Shown here: piece by piece, positions 18,807 through 28,019 of the stretch
Layout of the letters: every line of letters begins with the position of its first letter
Numbering within the stretch: the first letter of the stretch is position 1
DNA from: an uncultured Akkermansia sp.
GTDB taxonomy: Bacteria; Bacteroidota; Bacteroidia; B-17B0; Aurantibacillaceae
Length of the DNA: 37,837 nt
Direction: 5' to 3'
NCBI GenBank assembly: GCA_964517305.1
Contig: CAZFCR010000001.1
Location: 1 to 37,837 of the forward strand
The notes under the pieces: generated by a model
The model's input: only the letters and a program-made list of their open reading frames with translations
Databases searched by the model: none
Told to the model about the DNA's origin: nothing
Position numbers and translations under genes: made by a program

Positions 18807-19475
18807 TTAAATGCCTTCGCTCACTTTCCCGTTGTCGAACAGCAGTGTGCGCGACCTGAATTTATTGTACACGAGCATGTCGTGAGTGGCAAATAAAACC
18901 GCGCGCCCGCTGTCGCTCAGTTGTTTTAACAAACGCAGGATCTCTTCTGAAGTTTCCGGATCGAGATTACCCGTTGGCTCATCAGCAAGGATCAGTTCGG
19001 GATCGTTAACAAGCGCCCTTGCAATGCTTACCCGCTGTTGTTCGCCGCCGCTCAGTTCATGGGGCATTTTATTTTCCCTGCCCTCAAGATTCACTTTTCT
19101 GAATACTTCACTGATCCGTTCTTTGATTTTTTTCTCGTCTTTCCAGCCTGTAGCCTTCATCACAAACCTGAGGTTGTGAAAAATGTTGCGATCGCTCAGC
19201 AGCTGGAAATCCTGGAAGACAATGCCTAATTTACGCCTGAGGAAAGGAATATCCCTTTGTTTGAGATGGGTCAGATCGTATCCGCAAACCTGCGCTGTAC
19301 CTGTATTCACCGGGAGATCGCCATACAGTGTTTTAAGAAAACTGCTTTTGCCGCTGCCTGTTTTTCCAAGCAGGTAGACAAATTCGCCCTTGTTTACCTG
19401 CAAACCCATGTTCCCGATAACAGGACGGTCTTCCTGGAAAATGGTGACGTTCTCAAACCGGATCAATTCGCTCAT
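18807..19475 (-). CDS. ftsE: Cell-division ABC ATPase FtsE
   Basis: GKTGSGKS, IPFLRRKLGIVFQDFQLL, LSGGEQQR, ADEPTGNLDP. Confidence 0.88.
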   Translation of the reverse strand: MSELIRFENVTIFQEDRPVIGNMGLQVNKGEFVYLLGKTGSGKSSFLKTLYGDLPVNTGTAQVCGYDLTHLKQRDIPFLRRKLGIVFQDFQLLSDRNIFHNLRFVMKATGWKDEKKIKERISEVFRKVNLEGRENKMPHELSGGEQQRVSIARALVNDPELILADEPTGNLDPETSEEILRLLKQLSDSGRAVLFATHDMLVYNKFRSRTLLFDNGKVSEGI

Positions 19476-19635
19476 AAATCAAAATCCTAAGTTAAAATGA
19501 ATGTAACTTTCAGGCGCGATCCTGTTATACCAATATCAACATGTTCGGGTTAATAACTGAAAGGGCCGCGGGGTGAAGGCAGGCTCTTATTAAAACTAAA
19601 TTTAGTGAAGCAATTTTTACCTCATTATACCTTTG

Positions 19636-22600
19636 ATGAAGCAATTCCCGCGTACCGCCGCCATTCTTTATTTTTTGTTTTTTTCGATCCTTTTGCAGGC
19701 GCAGAGAACAGCCTTTTATACCGACAGGGATCAGCAGTTTAAGCAGGGCCTTGAATTGTTTGATAAAAAGCAATATGCCAGTGCACAAAAAGTTTTTTCC
19801 GAATACAGAAGAACTGTATCTGCTTCTTCACCGCTTGCTGCCGACGCGGAATATTACGCAGCGGCCTGCGGCATAGAGCTCTTTAACAAGGACAGTGAAT
19901 GGCTGATGCGGCAGTTCATCGCTCACAATCCTTCGAGCAGCAAACTCAACAGCGCTTATTTTTACCTGGCAAGTTCCAATTTCCGCAAAAAAAAATACGA
20001 TGAAACCATCGAGTATTTTGATAAAGTAGATCTGTATAAGACCGATAAGGATCTGCTCGCTGAATTTTATTTCAAGCGAGGCTACAGTTATTTGCAGGAA
20101 GGAAACGATGAAAAAGCGAAATCTGATTTCCATGAGATCAGGGAAGTCAACAGCAAATACGCTTCTGCCGCCACATATTATTATTCACACATCTCCTACA
20201 AGGAAAAAAATTATGAAGTGGCATTGAGCGGTTTTAATAAGCTTACAGGCGATGAAACTTTTGGAGCTGTTGTGCCTTATTACATTACCCAGATCTATTT
20301 TATGCAGGGCAAATACAGCGATGTGGTAAAAAAGGCCCCCTCGCTTCTTGCTGATAGTGCAAATATTCAGAAAGAAGGCGAGATCAACAGGATGATCGGT
20401 GAAAGTTATTTTCACATGAAAGATTTTGGCAATGCCCTTAGTTATCTTAAAAAAACGAACGTGAACAATGCAGCGGGCAATTACGCGCTGGGTTATTGTT
20501 ATTACAAGACAAACGATTGTGCCAATGCTGTTACATATCTGGAGAGGGCTACCGAAGGGAAAGACAGTCTGGCTCAGAACGCCTGGTACCACATGGCGGA
20601 TTGTTACGTAAAGCTTGGTGACAAGTTAAAAGCACGAAGCGCTTTCTACAGTGCTTACCAGTTAGGCTTCGACAAAAACATCAATGAAGACGCTCTTTTC
20701 AGTTTTGCGAAGTTAAGCTACGAACTGGATTTTAGTCCTTATAACGAAGCGGTAAAAAGTTTCAGCAAATACCTTTCCGAGTATCCTTCGTCAAAACGCA
20801 GCGACGAAGTTTATAATTTTCTCATCAATGTTTATTCTACTACAAAAAATTACGATCAGGCCATCAAAAGCATGGAGAGTCTTGAAAGCATCGACATTGT
20901 TCTGAAGGTAACCTACCAGAAACTGATCTATTACCGCGGCATTGAGTTTTTTAACAACAACGATCTTTTAAATGCGGAGAAACAGTTTAAAAAGTCACTT
21001 GCACAGAATTCAGATCCTAAACTGAATTCACTGAACCAGTACTGGCTTGGTGAAGTGGCCTACCTGAAACGCGATTACACCACTGCCATTGAAACCTGGA
21101 AAAAGTTTCAGGTCACAGAGGGTGCGAGTCAGCTCAAAGAATACGACCTGAGCAACTACGCGATGGGTTACGCGTATTTTTACCGCCGCGAAAAAGACGA
21201 TTTTACAAACGCGAACATTTCGTTCAGGAAATTTTTGCTGACACGAAACCAGTACGACGACAATAAAATGGCAGACGCGCAGATCCGCGCAGCAGATTGT
21301 TATTTTATGAATCGCGATTTTGTTCAGGCATCGGAATACTACAGCACCGCCATTGCCATGAACAAGATCGACATGGATTATGCCCTGTATCAGAAGGCGC
21401 TATGCGACGGATTAAACCGTAAATACCAGGAAAAGGTGGATGGTCTTAAAAAGATCGAATCGCGTTATCCTGCGTCCAATTACCTCGTGGCTTCACTCAA
21501 TGAGATAGCGGATACCTATTATAACAACCTTAAAGATCAGGAGAACGCCATCTTCTATTACGAAAAGATCCTCAAGAACTATCCCAACTCGTCTTTTGCC
21601 AATAACTGTTATGCACAGTTGGGAAACATCTACTACGAGCGCAAGCAGGATGATAAAGCTTTTGAATACTACGATAAGTTTGTAAAACGCGACAGCAAGA
21701 GCGAAGCCGCCAAGGATGTTCTGGAGGCGATCAAAAAAATATTTGAGGCGAAAGGCAATGTTGAAGAAATGGAGGCCTATTTTGCGTCTGTTGGCAATCC
21801 GCTCAGCGAGAACCAGATTGAGAAAGCAACCTACACGGCGGCTTACGAAGCTTATTACAACGAAAAGAACTGTGTGTCCGCGGAACCTAAATGGGATGCT
21901 TACGCGACAAAATTCCCGAACGGCAGATACATCACAGAAGCCCGTTTCAACAGTGCGGAGTGCGCGTACAGCCGTAATGATTTCGACAAGGCGCTGGCCG
22001 GTTATCTGTATGTGATCGAACAGGGCCGGAATCTTTATTCAGAAGTATCGTTGAGCAAGGCATCTTATCTTTATTATAAAAATAAAAAGTATACTGAGGC
22101 GCTTCCGCTGTTTTTAAAGTTGCAGGACGTTGCTGAAACTCCGGCCAACAAAACTGCCGGTCGTCTGGGCGCCATGCGTTCCGCGTTTTTTCTGAACGAT
22201 TTTGAAACCGCGCTCACTGAAACCAACAAAGTAATGGCCACTGAGAAATTGAGCCCGCAACAAACCAGCGAGGCACGTTACATCAAAGCCAAATCCCTGT
22301 ACGAGACCAAACGTTACGATGATGCTTTGCTTGAGTTCAGGCAGATCACTAAAAATGCCAAAAACGCGACAGGAGCCGAAGCCTATTATCACATTGCACT
22401 TATTCAGTACGCAAAACAGGATTATAAAACCATCATCAACAAAACCATTAACGATCTGATCGGTTACCCTTACAGCAACGACGAATGGCGGAACAAAGGC
22501 ATGCTGCTGCTGGCGGATGCCTACATCGCCACCAGTGAGCTGGCAGAAGCAAAAATCATTCTTGCTACGATCATCGAAAACAAACCCAAACAGGAGTTTA

Positions 22601-22749
22601 TCGACCAGGCCAATAAAAAACTTCAGGAGATCACTGAAAAAGAAAACGCAGCGAAACAGGCCGCTCCAGCTGTGAACGAACTCAGGCTCGATTTTAATAC
22701 GAACCAGCGCGACAGTTCATTATTCAACAACAGCAACGACGAACAGTAA
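19636..22749 (+). CDS. Large periplasmic tetratricopeptide-repeat protein
   Basis: Signal peptide ..LQA|Q, many TPR-like units across about 1037 aa; ftsE-divergent TPR + barrel arrangement that I recall as typical of Bacteroidota. Confidence 0.9.
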   Translation: MKQFPRTAAILYFLFFSILLQAQRTAFYTDRDQQFKQGLELFDKKQYASAQKVFSEYRRTVSASSPLAADAEYYAAACGIELFNKDSEWLMRQFIAHNPSSSKLNSAYFYLASSNFRKKKYDETIEYFDKVDLYKTDKDLLAEFYFKRGYSYLQEGNDEKAKSDFHEIREVNSKYASAATYYYSHISYKEKNYEVALSGFNKLTGDETFGAVVPYYITQIYFMQGKYSDVVKKAPSLLADSANIQKEGEINRMIGESYFHMKDFGNALSYLKKTNVNNAAGNYALGYCYYKTNDCANAVTYLERATEGKDSLAQNAWYHMADCYVKLGDKLKARSAFYSAYQLGFDKNINEDALFSFAKLSYELDFSPYNEAVKSFSKYLSEYPSSKRSDEVYNFLINVYSTTKNYDQAIKSMESLESIDIVLKVTYQKLIYYRGIEFFNNNDLLNAEKQFKKSLAQNSDPKLNSLNQYWLGEVAYLKRDYTTAIETWKKFQVTEGASQLKEYDLSNYAMGYAYFYRREKDDFTNANISFRKFLLTRNQYDDNKMADAQIRAADCYFMNRDFVQASEYYSTAIAMNKIDMDYALYQKALCDGLNRKYQEKVDGLKKIESRYPASNYLVASLNEIADTYYNNLKDQENAIFYYEKILKNYPNSSFANNCYAQLGNIYYERKQDDKAFEYYDKFVKRDSKSEAAKDVLEAIKKIFEAKGNVEEMEAYFASVGNPLSENQIEKATYTAAYEAYYNEKNCVSAEPKWDAYATKFPNGRYITEARFNSAECAYSRNDFDKALAGYLYVIEQGRNLYSEVSLSKASYLYYKNKKYTEALPLFLKLQDVAETPANKTAGRLGAMRSAFFLNDFETALTETNKVMATEKLSPQQTSEARYIKAKSLYETKRYDDALLEFRQITKNAKNATGAEAYYHIALIQYAKQDYKTIINKTINDLIGYPYSNDEWRNKGMLLLADAYIATSELAEAKIILATIIENKPKQEFIDQANKKLQEITEKENAAKQAAPAVNELRLDFNTNQRDSSLFNNSNDEQ

Positions 22750-22760
22750 AATATTTTAAA

Positions 22761-24494
22761 ATGAACTTAACCAATTTTTTACATACAGAAAAGGATAAAA
22801 ACATCAGTCTTGATGCTGAACAAAAAACCAGGATCGAATGGTTTCTTGTATTTCTGCTGATGATTGTTTTTGTCGCAGCGAGTGTGGCCCAGGGCGGACT
22901 CGATGAACAGATCTATCAGGCGCAGAGTCAGTTTCAGCCGAGCATCAAGGATGCGGTGAAGTTTTCTGACGTTCCTGAGATTACTGATACCGTAAAAAGG
23001 ATCCGCAACATCAATTATCCGATCACGAGCAAACCACTTTTTCCAAAGTACCAGGTTCAAACGATTGCTCCGGCCAAATTGCAGAATGAACCACTGTCAA
23101 AACTTTACCACTCGTTGCTCAAGGTAGGATACGCACCTATTTACAACATGCCGTATGGGGAATTCTGGATCGCCAACACCCGTTCAAAGAACATGAATTA
23201 TGGCGGCCGCTTAAAACATTTTTCCAGCAGCGCGCACTTGCGTGATGTGGGATACAGCGGTTTCAGTGACAACGAGGCAAGTATATTCGGAAAACGGTTT
23301 TACAGGAAACATACTTTATCGGGAGATCTGAATTATAGCCGCAATGCAGTGCACTATTATGGATACGATACCAGTCTGAATAAACTCGAGCGCGATTTTA
23401 CACGGCAACGTTACCAGCTCATCGAGCCCCGGTTGCGTTTATTAAGCCATTATACCGACAGCACACACATCAATCATGACATCAGACTTGGGTTTTACAA
23501 TCTCCAGAATCTTCACAAAGAAGCTGAAAACAACATCAAAGCCGAGGCTTTTACCAGCATGTTCCTCAACAAGGAAAAGCTGAACGTACATTTTTTCACT
23601 GATTTTTATAATCACAAACAGGGCACCGATACGCTCAACGACCTGATGATTGGTTTAAGTCCTTCTTTTGAAGCGAATGGTAAAAAATGGCATGCTGATA
23701 TCGGTTTAAACGGAACACTGGATAATTTTAAAGGCAGGAGCCGTTTTTATTTTTATCCGAAACTCAATGTTTATTAAGACAGCGATGAAAGCCTGATAAT
23801 AACTTATGCAGGTGTTACAGGCGGTCTTTTGAAAAACAGCCTGAGAAGTCTGAGCAACCAAAATCCGTTTATCGACACCACGATCAATTACGTCAACACC
23901 AACAATCGCATGAATCTGTTTGGCGGTTTAAGGGGAAACATCAGCAGCAATACTTCTTATGATGCCAAGGTAACATACTCTGTTTACGACAGCCTGCAGT
24001 TTTTTGTGATGAATTACGGTGGCCTGAACCAGGTTTATAACCGCTTCAGTATTGTTTACGACAACACCACACTTCTGAACCTGAGCGCGCAAATCAAATA
24101 CCAGCTGAGAGAAAAATGGAATCTTATCGCCGGCGGAAATTATTACCTGTACAAAACCAAAAATCTTGTGAGACCTTATCATAAGCCTGAGTTCGATATG
24201 ACCTTCACCACCATTTATAATCTGCAAAGCAAGATCATTCTTAAAGCCGATCTTTTTGTGATGGGCCGTCAGTGGGCGCTCACCGAGGTCACAGAAGAGG
24301 GCGTATATTCACTGAAACCAAAACTGATCAGTGGTTGGGCCGACATGAACCTGGAAGCGGAATACCGTTACAGTAAAATGATGAGTTTTTTCGTGCGGTT
24401 CAATAACATAGCCAATCAGCGTTATTACCGCTGGGAACGTTATCCGTCGCAGCGTTTTAATTTTATGCTGGGACTCACTTTTGTACCTTTTTAA
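22761..24494 (+). pseudogene. TonB-dependent-receptor-like outer-membrane barrel interrupted by an in-frame TAA (possibly a sequencing error)
   Basis: ORFs 22761-23777 and 23829-24494 are in the same frame, separated only by TAA 23775-23777; the joined 577-codon product has a signal peptide and a C-terminal beta-signal (LGLTFVPF). Confidence 0.8.
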
Positions 24495-24535
24495 ATTCGT
24501 TTCAGTACGCGGTTTTTTCCTTTACTTAGCGGTTC

Positions 24536-25374
24536 ATGCAACGCATCAATGTTCCGAAAGCGGGCGTTATTACGAATTGCGTGATAAAAGAGGAACTGTG
24601 ATTGCGAACCTTTGTCAGAGTTCTAAAAAAGATTTCAGGAATGCCGTGGTAGCCGTTAGGACTGCTTTTCCCGGCTGGAGTGGCCGCACAGCTTTTAACC
24701 GGTCGCAGATACTTTACCGTGTGGCCGAAATGCTGGAAGGAAGACATACGCAGTTTACAGAAGAGCTGATCCTGCAGGGACTTACAAAAAAGAAAGCTGT
24801 TGAGGAAGTGGCAAAATCCGTTGACCGCCTGGTCTATTATTCAGGCTGGTGCGACAAGTATGCATCGGTATTCAGCAGTGTTAACCCTGTATCAGGACCA
24901 TTTCATAATTTTTCTGTTCCCGGGCCTTCCGGAGTGGTATCGCTGATTGCCCCCGGAGATAAAGGATTACTGGGTCTTGTGAGTACGCTCGCCCCGGTGC
25001 TTGCCGGCGGTAATACCTGCGTTGTGCTGGCTGGCTGGAATCAGGCGCTTGCCGCTGTAACTTTTGCAGAAGTGCTGGCCACCTCTGATTTGCCGGCCGG
25101 AGTCGTTAATTTACTTACTGGTTCGGAGGAAGAATTACTGACTCATTTTTCATCGCACATGGACGTGAATGCCATTGTGTATTGCGGGGAAAATGCGACA
25201 TCAAAAAAGATCGCGATGGAAAATTGTGCCACCAATGTAAAGCGTTTTGTTGAATGGAACCGCGACTGGACAAAGGCTGAGAGCGCAGATCCTTATCTGA
25301 TCATGGATCTGCAGGAGATAAAAACATCATGGATGCCCGTTGATGATCACGGATCCGGACAAAACAGATATTAG
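24536..25374 (+). pseudogene. Short aldehyde-dehydrogenase-family protein with 5' frameshift/deletion
   Basis: Body has ALDH NAD-domain motifs (NRSQILYRVAEMLE, LAGGNTCVV, LPAGVVNLLTG, EIKT); the plausible ATG at 24536 (MQRINVPK) is out of frame with ESGRYY. Confidence 0.7.
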
Positions 25375-25432
25375 TGTCTGGTAATTGCTGTAACTTTTCA
25401 CCTGCAGCGAGCGTCTTATAAAAAACCATGTT

Positions 25433-26245
25433 ATGCTGAGAATTCTATGCTTCGCGTTTTTATGTTGTTTGTCGGGTTCGCTCGGCGCGCAAAAATTATG
25501 TACAGGAAAGGTGCGGGATAGCCTCAGTGGTGAACCGCTGGAGTTTGTAAACATTGGTATTCCTGGCAAAAGTGCGGGTTCTGTCACTAACGAGAAGGGC
25601 GAATTCAGTTTCATCGTGCCCGATTCCCTGGCCTCAGAACCCGTTAAGGTATCGATCATTGGCTACAAGCCTTTTACATTTTATTTTAAACCGGGTAACC
25701 AGCACAACATTGTTTTGCAACAGCATGCTCAGACGCTCGGGGAGATCACGGTAAAGGCTAACAAAACAAAAATAACTGTGCTGGGTAACGCTACTACCAC
25801 AAAAAAAGTCACCGCGGGATTTAAACGCAACGCGCTGGGCAGTGAGATAGCCGTGAAACTGAAGATCAAAAGTCCCGACACACAGATCCGGCGCTTTTTT
25901 CTCAACATCGTTCAGAATCCAATACATGATCCGGTATTCAGGCTCAACGTTTATGCAGTGAGCCCTTCCGGCGCGCCGGGCGAAAACCTTTTAAAACAAA
26001 ATGTGATCATTGAACCTGGCGCAAAAGAAGGTCTTATCAGCGTTGATCTTTCGGGTTACAATATTTTTGTGAGCGACGATGTTTTTATTTCCGTTGAATG
26101 GATCAAAGATCTGGGTGATGCTAGTAAACTAACGTTTTCTACAAAATTATTCGGCAGTACAACTTATTTCCGGAATGCCAGTCAGGGTAAATGGGAAAAA
26201 CTGGAATCTGCTGGCGTAGGACTCCATGCAGAAGTGGCTTATTGA
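25433..26245 (+). CDS. Secreted carboxypeptidase-regulatory-like domain protein
   Basis: Signal peptide, GKVRDSLSGEPLEFVNI..TNEKGEF..S.IGY pattern. Confidence 0.8.
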   Translation: MLRILCFAFLCCLSGSLGAQKLCTGKVRDSLSGEPLEFVNIGIPGKSAGSVTNEKGEFSFIVPDSLASEPVKVSIIGYKPFTFYFKPGNQHNIVLQQHAQTLGEITVKANKTKITVLGNATTTKKVTAGFKRNALGSEIAVKLKIKSPDTQIRRFFLNIVQNPIHDPVFRLNVYAVSPSGAPGENLLKQNVIIEPGAKEGLISVDLSGYNIFVSDDVFISVEWIKDLGDASKLTFSTKLFGSTTYFRNASQGKWEKLESAGVGLHAEVAY

Positions 26246-26261
26246 GAAAATGTTTAGATAA

Positions 26262-26384
26262 TTAGCGCTTGCGTTTTGAATGCGAAGGACAGGTGTCGCA
26301 GCGGTTCTTTTTCAGGAAACAGCTTTCCATGCTGCACATTACGAGTGCCAGCGCCGAGAATAAGATGAGGTATCTTTTAATCAT
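26262..26384 (-). CDS. Small putative lipoprotein, 40 aa, CxxCP motif (absent from the ORF track)
   Basis: MIKRYLILFSALALVMCSMES|CFLKKNRCDTCPSHSKRKR; exact TATATTTG -7 element just upstream. Confidence 0.65.
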   Translation of the reverse strand: MIKRYLILFSALALVMCSMESCFLKKNRCDTCPSHSKRKR

Positions 26385-26393
26385 TTTGCGCTA

Positions 26394-26423
26394 CAAATAT
26401 AAGTGATTATTTTAGTACTTTTG
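26394..26423. promoter_or_regulatory. Back-to-back divergent -7 promoter elements
   Basis: TATATTTG on minus (26401-26394) and TACTTTTG on plus (26416-26423), both exact TAnnTTTG. Confidence 0.6.
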
Positions 26424-26499
26424 GTTTGTTTATGAGCAACTCAGACCGTTTCGGTGTTACAGGTTTTTTAATGGATCAGGAGAAGGAGGTGCAAACCAG

Positions 26500-27243
26500 A
26501 TGAATCCTTTTTTTCACATAGGCCGTTATTTTCTGCTGATGACAAGGGTGTTTGAAAAACCCCAGAAGCTCCGCATGTATGTGCGTCAGATCATTTTTGA
26601 GATCGATAACATTGGTATTTCTTCGCTTTCAATCATCGCCATTATTTCCATTTTTATGGGTGGCATCATCGCCATTCAGTCAGCCATGAGTTTTACCAGT
26701 CCCCTGGTGCCGCTGTATGCAGTAGGTTTCACCACCCGCGAAAGTGTGATCCTTGAATTCAGTCCAACCATCGTTTGCCTTATACTTGCCGGAAAAGTGG
26801 GTTCCAACATTGCCTCCGAAATCGGCGCCATGCGCATCACTGAACAGATAGACGCCCTGGAGATCATGGGCATCAATTCTGCCGGTTATCTGATTTTTCC
26901 GAAGATCGCCGCGGCCATCATCATTTTTCCTTTTCTCATCGCCCTAAGTATGTTTCTGGGGATCTGGGGAGGTTATGTCATGGGTGTTTCTTCCGGTGCC
27001 TGCTCCGAATACGAATATGTGTACGGCATCCAGGCTTTTTTCGAACCCTGGAAATTATATTATTCATTCACAAAAGTGATTGTGTTTGCCTTTATCATTA
27101 CCTCTGTTTCATCTTATTATGGTTACCATACAACCGGGGGCGCACTCGAAGTCGGTAAAAGCAGTACCAGCGCCGTTGTTTACAGCAGCATTCTTATTCT
27201 GTTGTTCGGACTCATTCTCACCAACCTTTTTCTTAACCGTTGA
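26500..27243 (+). CDS. mlaE: MlaE-family lipid ABC permease
   Basis: LILAGKVGSNIASEIGAMRITEQIDALEIMG and GGALEVG..T.AVV. Confidence 0.92.
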   Translation: MNPFFHIGRYFLLMTRVFEKPQKLRMYVRQIIFEIDNIGISSLSIIAIISIFMGGIIAIQSAMSFTSPLVPLYAVGFTTRESVILEFSPTIVCLILAGKVGSNIASEIGAMRITEQIDALEIMGINSAGYLIFPKIAAAIIIFPFLIALSMFLGIWGGYVMGVSSGACSEYEYVYGIQAFFEPWKLYYSFTKVIVFAFIITSVSSYYGYHTTGGALEVGKSSTSAVVYSSILILLFGLILTNLFLNR

Positions 27244-27998
27244 TCGAGATAAAAAATATTAATAAAACTTTTGGCGACCGCCATGTTGTAAAGGACGTTT
27301 CTTTTACATTTCAGCCCGCCAGGACCAATCTGATCATAGGCGAAAGCGGCTGCGGTAAAACAACCATCTTAAAACTGATGGTAGGTCTGCATACTGTAGA
27401 CTCAGGGGAAGTATTGTACAAGGGACAGAATTTTCCATCCATGGCCCACGACGAAAAACAAAATGTACGCACAAAGATCGGCATGCTTTTTCAGGGAGGC
27501 GCTTTGTTTGATTCACAAACGCTTGAACAGAATGTGATGTTTCCGCTTGACATGTTTACCAACCTGTCGAAAGAAGAAAAACTCGATCGTGTTAATTTTT
27601 GTCTTCAACGTGTGAAACTTGAGGGAAAGAACGACCTCTATCCTGCTGAGCTCAGCGGCGGGATGAAAAAACGCGCAGCACTGGCGAGGGCCATTGCGAA
27701 TAATCCCGAATATCTTTTTTGTGATGAGCCTAATTCCGGCCTTGATCCCAAAACATCCATCGTGATTGATGACCTGATCCAGGACATTACACGCGAGTTC
27801 AACATCACCACCATTATTGTTACACACGACATGAACAGCGTGATCGAGATTGGTGAAAACATCATGTTTGTATACAAAGGGGAGAACTGGTGGACCGGGG
27901 ATAAATCACAGATTTTTAATACCAACAATCAGGAATTAAGTGATTTTGTATTCGCCAGTAAATTCATTAAAACAGTTGTAAAAGGCAGCGCCACCTGA
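27240..27998 (+). CDS. mlaF: MlaF/Mkl-family ABC ATPase
   Basis: GMLFQGGALFDS, LSGGMKKR, DEPNSGLDP; TTG start overlaps the mlaE stop. Confidence 0.88.
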   Translation: MIEIKNINKTFGDRHVVKDVSFTFQPARTNLIIGESGCGKTTILKLMVGLHTVDSGEVLYKGQNFPSMAHDEKQNVRTKIGMLFQGGALFDSQTLEQNVMFPLDMFTNLSKEEKLDRVNFCLQRVKLEGKNDLYPAELSGGMKKRAALARAIANNPEYLFCDEPNSGLDPKTSIVIDDLIQDITREFNITTIIVTHDMNSVIEIGENIMFVYKGENWWTGDKSQIFNTNNQELSDFVFASKFIKTVVKGSAT

Positions 27999-28019
27999 TT
28001 TTAGCGGCGTTTTTCCGGT

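Noticed and set aside
19540..19600. GC-rich patch flanked by TTAATAA/TTATTAA between ftsE and the TPR gene
   Set aside because: No convincing internal stem or riboswitch/ncRNA consensus
22425..22455. Short near-tandem repeat KTIIN/KTIND in the TPR gene
   Set aside because: Two imperfect copies, in frame; plausible by chance
23775..23777. Stop-codon reassignment or programmed readthrough
   Set aside because: TAA terminates many other genes in the window; a single instance is better explained by error or mutation
18807..27998. ftsE without ftsX and mlaEF without mlaD
   Set aside because: These partners are commonly unlinked in Bacteroidota
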